A stretch of 59,614 bases of DNA, filler included, from Squatina squatina (lineage: Eukaryota): NCBI GenBank assembly GCA_031763465.1. It is 3 parts of 3 records of this genome, joined end to end, with 100 filler letters (N's around TTAATTAATTAA, not from the genome) between each part and the next. Parts side by side here need not be neighbours in the genome. Positions count along the whole stretch, not along the records: positions 39,768 to 59,614 come from JARFOE010000192.1; 2 more parts are not named here. One strand, 5' to 3'. The notes beneath the pieces are model-generated. The model was given only the letters and a program-made list of their open reading frames with translations, was not told the DNA's origin and ran no database searches. Below, in pieces: positions 52,005 to 59,614 of the stretch (positions are counted from its first letter, which is position 1; every line of letters starts with the position of its first letter). Position numbers and translations under genes: made by a program.

Positions 52005-54171
52005 GTACTTGACAACAGGAGCACAGTGTTAAAGGTGTAATACTAGAGATGGGTTCATAGAGTACACCGTACCCCCTTCAACCCCCATCCTGTAGTTTCT
52101 TTGTGAATAGGGCATTTCAAATCTAAAGGAAATGTAAAAGTGACATTTAAAACCTTCTTGATAACAGGCTTTTTGCTTTCCCCTCGTATGCAAACATAGA
52201 CCCTTAAGGAATAAGGCATTCTTATATGGTGCAGGTTCCATCTTAACAAAAGAATGTATTTTAATGTCAAAGGTCAAGTGGAAGGCAGGCATTGCCTTTT
52301 ACAGACTTAGGCACAGTGTCAAAAGACCTTTTACTGAATTTCTGAAAGCTTGCTCATAAACCTCAGATATCAACAATTCAAAATGGGTAATAAATCTGCT
52401 GAGTGGTTTTTTATCACATTTACAAATATGTCTCTTTCTTCCAGATGGTGCACCGTTTTATATTTTTAATCGTTGTAGGAACAGGATAGAGCACTTGCCA
52501 CTCTTTTAAATGATTTAAACATTTTAAATGCATTCACAAGATTCTAAGCGGATTAATAAACACCATAAAATATAGACATCCAAGCCCCCGTTTCTCCTTG
52601 TGATATTTTTAGCAAGGAATGTTAAATCACTTACCTCTCTATTCATTCCAAGTTTTAAGAAAGGAACATAAATGAGCAAACGCTATTGTGTTCAAATATA
52701 TTTAATTGTTGTCATACTGTTACTAACTTGACTTGCATCACTGTTCCAAGATTCACTGCCGTCATCGGCACAGTCAAATCAAAGGTTATTTTTAAAGGCC
52801 TCAAGGTATTGCACTCCCTCTCCGTCTATGTGTTTATTACTATGTGTGCTAACTGACACTGAGAACGCTTGCATTATCACACCTGCAGGAATGTAATTCG
52901 GATTATTACAACATTATTTGGGAAGTTCAGGCAAGGCGTAAGTATTTTACCACCGCTAAGCACTAGTAGCCATGCTGATAGGCCGAACTTGTTAGCCAAG
53001 GCAAAGCACATACAACCCGATATGATTAAGGTCCACCCACAATGTGTGCAGGCAGNNNNNNNNNNNNNNNNNNNNNNNNNNNNNNNNNNNNNNNNNNNNN
53101 NNNNNNNNNNNNNNNNNNNNNNNNNNNNNNNNNNNNNNNNNNNNNNNNNNNNNNNNNNNNNNNNNNNNNNNNNNNNNNNNNNNNNNNNNNNNNNNNNNNN
53201 NNNNNNNNNNNNNNNNNNNNNNNNNNNNNNNNNNNNNNNNNNNNNNNNNNNNNNNNNNNNNNNNNNNNNNNNNNNNNNNNNNNNNNNNNNNNNNNNNNNN
53301 NNNNNNNNNNNNNNNNNNNNNNNNNNNNNGCATCCGGTTAGTAATGTCGGATGATCAAATTCCCAGCCATTTATTTCAAAAGGAACTAAATTTGAGATCT
53401 GACGTCAGTTTTGTCATTACATTACTCACCTTCCTCTCCATTCTTTTCATTGAGATCTTTTCTCTGCTGTTACTAATCGCTCTGGTCAGTGCGCTCAGCA
53501 CTGGCTTAGTTAGACCTCTGGTTGCCATGACATTTCCTTTTCCCACGGAGAGTTACGTGTATACAGTGTCAATATGCACTTGTGTTTCCTGTGTAAAACC
53601 CATCTTTCGTGACAGAATTTGCATTAGCTTAATAACAAACAAGAGATTGAAATAAAGGAGGTGGGGACAATAGTGAGTAATGTAATGGAAGGGCTTAATC
53701 TCTTAAATTCTCTTAAACACACTTGGCAAACTGTGGGTGTATTCTGAAATAGTAAAGAAAAAAACAGAATTAAGTAGTGTTAGCATTAACTGGATCACTG
53801 ATTATCAAATTGCAAACATCTTGAAATTTTTACCTTCTCCTTTACCCCTGTTGATATTGAAAGCTTCATGATTGAAGTTACTTTGTCAAAATCAATAATT
53901 TGTGTTATGCTAAGTGAAGCTGCTTTTTTAATGTTCAGTTTCATTTGAGAGGTTGAAATGGAATTTTTTTAACTGAATTTAAATAATTTTTACTGCGAAA
54001 CCTGGAGAGGATTACTGTAAAGCTGTGAACTTTTATATTCGTAAGATTCATATTTTAACAAAACAAGCTTGTAATTATTGCATAGGTGTTTTACTATTAA
54101 ATCACTTGTAGTAGTGTGTTTTTTTTTGCTGCAATTGGCCCTCTTACATTCTGTCTTTTCTCTCTACACAG

Positions 54172-54244
54172 TGCGGCTCTCCTGGGCGTGCTGACCTTGA
54201 TTATCAGCTGGAGTTCGCTTGGTCTGGAACTGGCAGTGTCGGTG
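54172..54244 (+). CDS. TTYH3: Isolated exon of a tweety-family gene (TTYH3-like transmembrane helix)
   Basis: 73-nt exon with a strong acceptor and gtgagt donor, encoding AALLGVLTLIISWSSLGLELAVSV versus recalled TTYH3 VCLLGVLALVISWGALGLELAVSV. Paralog assignment is less certain than family. Confidence 0.78.
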
Positions 54245-56276
54245 GTGAGTTCTTAACTTGCTTGCAGTAAATAATGACACACATAACTGGTTATAGTGTT
54301 TCTGCTGCAGTCATTGCATANNNNNNNNNNNNNNNNNNNNNNNNNNNNNNNNNNNNNNNNNNNNNNNNNNNNNNNNNNNNNNNNNNNNNNNNNNNNNNNN
54401 NNNNNNNNNNNNNNNNNNNNCAGAATATCTGTTTTGTTAAGAGCCTCATTAATCAAATTCTGAAAACCTAGACTACACCATGTAATTGGAAGTTTAACCT
54501 ATACCTGCACAATTGGTTCTTATAAATATATGTTTTTCCCTTCTCCTGGAATTGGTGACCCATACTGGGACACAGCTCCGTGGGCACCAACAGGCCTGCC
54601 GCATCCCATTAATGGGCCATTCTTCATGTGTGAGGCTGGACAATGAGTACTGAGATTCTATTTGGCCGGGCGGATGGTTTCATACTCAATGCTGTTCTTG
54701 CCACACGTGCACTTGCCAAACCGGTGAAGCATTCCTACCATCAGACAAACATGATTTCTCGGCATATCTGTGCTTAACATTTTTCTTGTGGAATAAAAAT
54801 CAGCTCTTTCAAAGAAGAAAGAAACAAAAGCCCCTTTCTTTCGAACAAAAGCGTCAGAGTTTGTGAACATGGCGAGTCACCTTTTCTTGAGAGAATACGT
54901 TTTTTTTTTCCAATGCAGGCTGTGATTTTGTTTCCTTTGTGACATTTTCCAAATGCCCTTCTTTTTGGAACAATTGAAAGTACTTCCCTTTAAAATGACT
55001 CAGTTCCTTTAAACGCTTCTCTGGCCTTGACACCGGGTGATCACAGGCTCATGATGACATTTTGTGGAAGGAAACAGAGGGACTCACTGTTTCCTTCCTG
55101 ATTTCAGACAGAATAGCAGAATTGTTGTTGGATGTTTCCTAGTGTGATGTAACTTGACGAGAATGCACGGTCTGTCAGTCATCATTTGCAAGGACAGCGC
55201 TGGCCTGTGAATGGTTGCTAATGAATGATATATGAAAAAGAAAAATACAGAAAACAGAAGTTTCTATATTGTGGCCTTGCAGACAATTGACCCAGCAAAT
55301 CTCCACTGGCATGCACACATTTTAATTCTGAATTGCACGGTCAAGTTAGAAGTGTTTTCATCTTTTGCCATCATCTCTTGAGTAAAGATGAAGCACATTG
55401 CAGGGAAGGCTTGTTGTTTAGCACAAGTGCANNNNNNNNNNNNNNNNNNNNNNNNNNNNNNNNNNNNNNNNNNNNNNNNNNNNNNNNNNNNNNNNNNNNN
55501 NNNNNNNNNNNNNNNNNNNNNNNNNNNNNNNGAACATAAAGAAGCTGTACCTGCCCTTCGAAGCAGCACAGCTGTGGTATTTACTCATGATTTCCTTGGG
55601 CTACATTCCTTCTGTAGTTTCCATGGGAAACTGCCACTTGTTGATGTTTTTATTGGAAGAAATCTGTATGGGAAAAAGCCAGATCCCCTTGGGGGCTTGA
55701 AATGTCCCTGCGAGCAGTAGATATTACAATAATATCATACCTAAGCAGACTTGTCAGTGTAATACTCTGAATACAGCATGCCCTGTTTGCTGAACTGTTG
55801 CCAAATCCCCTTTCATCCTAGATCACGGTGTGATTTGCTGCACCCTGAACCAGTAGATCTGATTGCTTCAAGGTAAATTTAATAAAGTTTAAATGCCAGC
55901 TTTTTTTTTTATGGGAACAAGAACAATTTTCTTGTAATCAAAAATTGCAATAAATTATATGTGATAGCTCAGATTCTAGAAGCCTCTACATGTTGGCATA
56001 AGTGTTATTTGGAACATAATTGAATATTCTAAACCTCCTAAGGGTCAGAGTGTTCTTTATCTGAAATGTCACATGTGAACACTGCACGAAAAGATCATAA
56101 AGGTTTATTCAGATGATTTAGAACATTAAAAAAATACATTCGCTGTGCATTTGTGAGCAATAAGGAAGGAAAGGTTAGTCTTAGCAAGCTAGAAGGGCAA
56201 CGTCAAAACAAAATCCAGCTAGATTTTTAATCAGGTGAGATGGGCAACACATTAAGCCATCTGATACTAGCCAAAT

Positions 56277-56612
56277 GGGGACATGGTAGCATAGTAGTTA
56301 AGTTGCAGGACCAGTAATCTAAAGACTTGAGCTATTTATCCAGAGATATGAGTTCAAATCCCAGCACAGCAGCTGTAGAATTTAAATTCAGTTAATTAAA
56401 TAATCTGGAATAATTAAACAAAAATAGCTCATGTCAGTAATGGTGACCATGAAACTATCAGATCATCATAAAAACCCATCTGGTTCACTTATGCCCTTTG
56501 GGAAGGGAATCTGCCATCCTTACCTGGTCTGCCCTATATGTGACTCCAGGCCAACAGCAGTGTGGTTGAATATTTTATGTCCTCTGAAATGCACCAAGCA
56601 AGCCACTCAGCT
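56277..56612 (+). mobile_element. tRNA-derived SINE
   Basis: GGGG start, A-box-like TGGTAGCATAGTAG, B-box GAGTTCAAATC, and body AAAAACCCATCTGGTTCACT...CCTTACCTGGTCTG. Confidence 0.65.
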
Positions 56613-56639
56613 ACAAAAAGTCACCACAAGGACTGCAGC

Positions 56640-56760
56640 GGTTCTACCAGAAATGTTAGGGAACCTAGGGCCTGGAGAGAGGGAGGAACTGAAGGAAATC
56701 AGCATTAGTCGGGAAATGGTGTTGGGGAAATTGATGAGATTGAAGGCTGATAAATCCCCA
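56640..56760 (+). mobile_element. CR1 ORF2 fragment
   Basis: ELKEISISREMVLGKLMRLKADKSP, the pre-RT KSPGPD motif, cut by a gap. Confidence 0.75.
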
Positions 56761-57609
56761 NNNNNNNNNNNNNNNNNNNNNNNNNNNNNNNNNNNNNNNN
56801 NNNNNNNNNNNNNNNNNNNNNNNNNNNNNNNNNNNNNNNNNNNNNNNNNNNNNNNNNNNNCTGACATATTTTCCTTCAAAAGGCACAGAATAACAAATTA
56901 TAAGTTTAGAAATGCAGAGTATAAATTACACCAAACCTGTCGACATGTTGCTGGCCAGCATAAACAACCCAATGTTGCATTTTTTCCATGCAAGTCAACA
57001 GACCTATGAGTCAGTTCACAAATCAAGATAATGCAGTACAATCACAGCATTTAGAGTGGCTTATATGGGACTGTGTTCAAAGTAGTTCTTAACTGTGTTC
57101 AAAAGCAGCAAGCACACTGGGCTAACTACTATGTCACAGTTTCCTAAACACCCTGAGGGAAATGATTCATACAGCCCTTGAAAAGAGCTGAAAACTCTAC
57201 ATTTACACCAAGTGCTCAGTGGGGACAGGTCTTTTAAGTTACTTCCTTGTCAGCAGAGTACAGCAAGACCACTTCAAGCAAAATTAAGAACAGAGTGGTA
57301 GGGTTCCACAGCCTGGCCATCTGCAAATACGCATTGGAAGTTAGTCCTATGAAATAGACACCTTTCAATTTCCTTTCACTTCACATTATAACTGATCGAA
57401 TATTTACTTAAGTTAATTTTCACCATGTTGCTACATCTTTTTGCAGAACTAAGGATCTGGAGTTAGTTAAATATAAAAATCTAGTTATCCCATTATTTGT
57501 TTTGCTTGCAGATCAACCCTCTTTTCACATTTGCTTCACAACAGTTGACAGTCATTTTCAGCTGCTTTATTCAGGGAAAGCTAACTTGATCTTCTCCTCA
57601 AGTAAATGC

Positions 57610-57800
57610 ACTTGCCAGTGTGGGACTAAGCTGTACAGACTGGGATCAGCCCAGGTTTGCTCCTTGGCTTGTGCTGAGTAAGCTGATCTCAGCCAGGGTG
57701 GCAGTGGGGAACACTACAATCGGCCTCCGCTGGAAAGGCAAAAATGAGATTGGGTTCCTGCTTCTGATCATTTTCCAGTGCTCACTACTGGAAAGTGTGT
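57610..57800 (+). mobile_element. Old SINE-like repeat (same family as 12110-12375)
   Basis: TGTGCTGAGTAAGCTGATCTCAGCC...CTACTGGAAAGTGTGT, followed by GT-rich simple sequence. Confidence 0.45.
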
Positions 57801-58990
57801 GTGTATGTGTGTGTATCTTTCTTTGTGTCTGTCTGTCTTTGTATGTGTNNNNNNNNNNNNNNNNNNNNNNNNNNNNNNNNNNNNNNNNNNNNNNNNNNNN
57901 NNNNNNNNNNNNNNNNNNNNNNNNNNNNNNNNNNNNNNNNNNNNNNNNCGGGACCTCTGTGCCGGGCATAGAAAGAACCGGCCCCAAATGGTTACCGCCC
58001 CCAGTCGGGGCGTAGGGTCATTTCGCCCCTATGTTTGCCTCCTCCGATTCAACTGTCTCTTCTATTTTAGTATCATCTGTGAATTTGGTCAGTTTGCATT
58101 GGGCTCCTATTTCAGCACAGACCAGGAATGGAAATCGAACCAAGGGCTTTCCTGGTGTGTATGGATCAGCAGCAGTGTATTTAACCACTAAACCATCAGA
58201 GGAAGCTTCTTAATTATCATCTTTACTTATGTTTTAATGAATACCATATACCATGTAATGATACCAAGTGTCTGCTCCTCAGACTTCTACAAGGGAGCAG
58301 TTAATGAACTATCAGAAGCAAATAAATAACATCAAAAATAAAATAAAAAATGATAAGGCAATTGGAAGTTTCAAAGATTTATTCAGGAGCTAATGGCATT
58401 TTAATTTTCTCCAGTTTTCCACCAAAGTGCTTAGAGGGTCCATGAAAGGTACTGCTGTCTCTTTAATGTGTATGGTAATGGTTCAGTTAATTTAATACCA
58501 TGTACCCAGCCTGCGCATCGTTCATCACCAGCTTTGCAATCTGATGTGCTTTCACCGCTAGTGAAAGCGGTGAGGCTTTTAAGCCTGCAGAATTCAAACG
58601 ATAATTAGAAAATGCACTTCCTTGGCTGAGACTCAAGGGAGGTTGTTTTAAAGTACAGCGCGAATCGGGTGGGCAGTGGGCGGAGCGGCCGCCACTCCCT
58701 GCCCAACGGCACCGGTGGGAGACCCGAACTGTTTTCATGGGGTGGGGTCGTGGGTGGCGCGGTGGAGAATCTGGCAGTTTCTCTGCTGGGCTTGGCGGTG
58801 GGACATGTGTTATAAGCGCACAAAAAAAACAGTGTTGCAGTGTTTCCCGAGCGGCCCGCGGGTCCACCCAATCAGCACTCAGTTCTATTGNNNNNNNNNN
58901 NNNNNNNNNNNNNNNNNNNNNNNNNNNNNNNNNNNNNNNNNNNNNNNNNNNNNNNNNNNNNNNNNNNNNNNNNNNNNNNNNNNNNNNNNN

Positions 58991-59614
58991 TTGCCATTGG
59001 ATCAAGACCTTACTTGGCCAAGACCGTGTGGTAGCTGGTGTGCAACGGCAACCCCACATTAAAAAATATTCATGCACAGACATCTTCCACCCCTTCACAA
59101 TGAAGTTTGGGACCTGGAATGTCAGGACCCTCATGGACAACCCCAATAGTGACAGACCCGAACGGTGCACCGCCATCGTAGCCCGGGAACTCAGGCAATA
59201 TGACATCGACATCACTGCCCTGAGCGAGACCTGGTGGGCAGGAGAAGGCCAGCTCAAGGAGCAAGACGGCGGATGCACTTTCTTCTGGAAAGGCAAACCA
59301 GTGGAAGAACGCTGTCTCCACGGGGTTGACTTCACCATAAAAAATGATCTAGTCAGGCACCTCAGCAAGCCCCACTGCAGGATAAACAAGCGCCTCATGA
59401 CTCTCCGACTCTCCCTAACCCAGAACCCAGCACACTACGGTCATCAGTGCATACGCCCCAACCCTAGATGCAACGGATGAGACCAAAGAGCACTTCTACT
59501 CCTCCCTCGAGCAATCCCTGTCCCACGTCTCAAAGGGAGACAAGCTGATGCTTCTTGATGATTTCAATGCCAGAGTCAGGAAGGATGCAAACCACTGGAA
59601 AGGCATGACCGGCA
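58991..59614 (+). mobile_element. RTE-clade LINE 5' part with AP-endonuclease (ATG 59100), frameshifted, runs off the window
   Basis: MKFGTWNVRTLMD...DITALSET...TFFWKG, then in another frame VISAYAPT...FYSSL...DDFNARV. Frameshift near 59425 and G>D in the GDFNA motif. Confidence 0.9.

Noticed and set aside
52430-52460. Strong acceptor followed by ATG downstream of the IWS1 exon
   Set aside because: The following sequence does not encode the expected next IWS1 peptide (TGGQTPRRDLEK) and has no convincing ORF or donor.
56277-56365. tRNA-like A/B boxes
   Set aside because: No cloverleaf, and the sequence continues into a SINE body. It is a SINE head, not a tRNA gene.
58487-59398. 303-aa minus-strand ORF
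   Set aside because: Antisense shadow of the RTE endonuclease, joined across an N gap.

Overview
Eukaryotic vertebrate DNA from a heavily gapped draft assembly. The repeat content (Deu-type SINEs, CR1/L2/RTE LINEs, Penelope ends, a 67-bp tandem repeat) suggests a cartilaginous fish, probably a shark; this is an inference. Two artificial spacers (44 N + TTAATTAATTAA + 44 N, at 20703-20802 and 39668-39767) split the window into three probably unrelated blocks. Block 1 (1-20702) holds the spliced last exon of MOCS3, a CpG-rich promoter-like stretch and six exons of PRKD3. Block 2 (20803-39667) holds the 3' half of KPNA6 with a long 3' UTR, then TXLNA, the same order as in human. Block 3 (39768-59614) is a patchwork of short contigs with single orphan exons of IWS1 and a tweety gene (TTYH3-like), a decayed Harbinger Myb/SANT gene, an RTE LINE and two motif-defined promoter candidates. 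All gene identities come from recalled protein sequences, not database searches. I found no convincing novel biological system. The best leads are the intron-containing MOCS3 (intronless in human), a CArG+MCAT+TATA promoter candidate, an ISRE+TATA promoter candidate and two MITEs with intact TIRs and TSDs.
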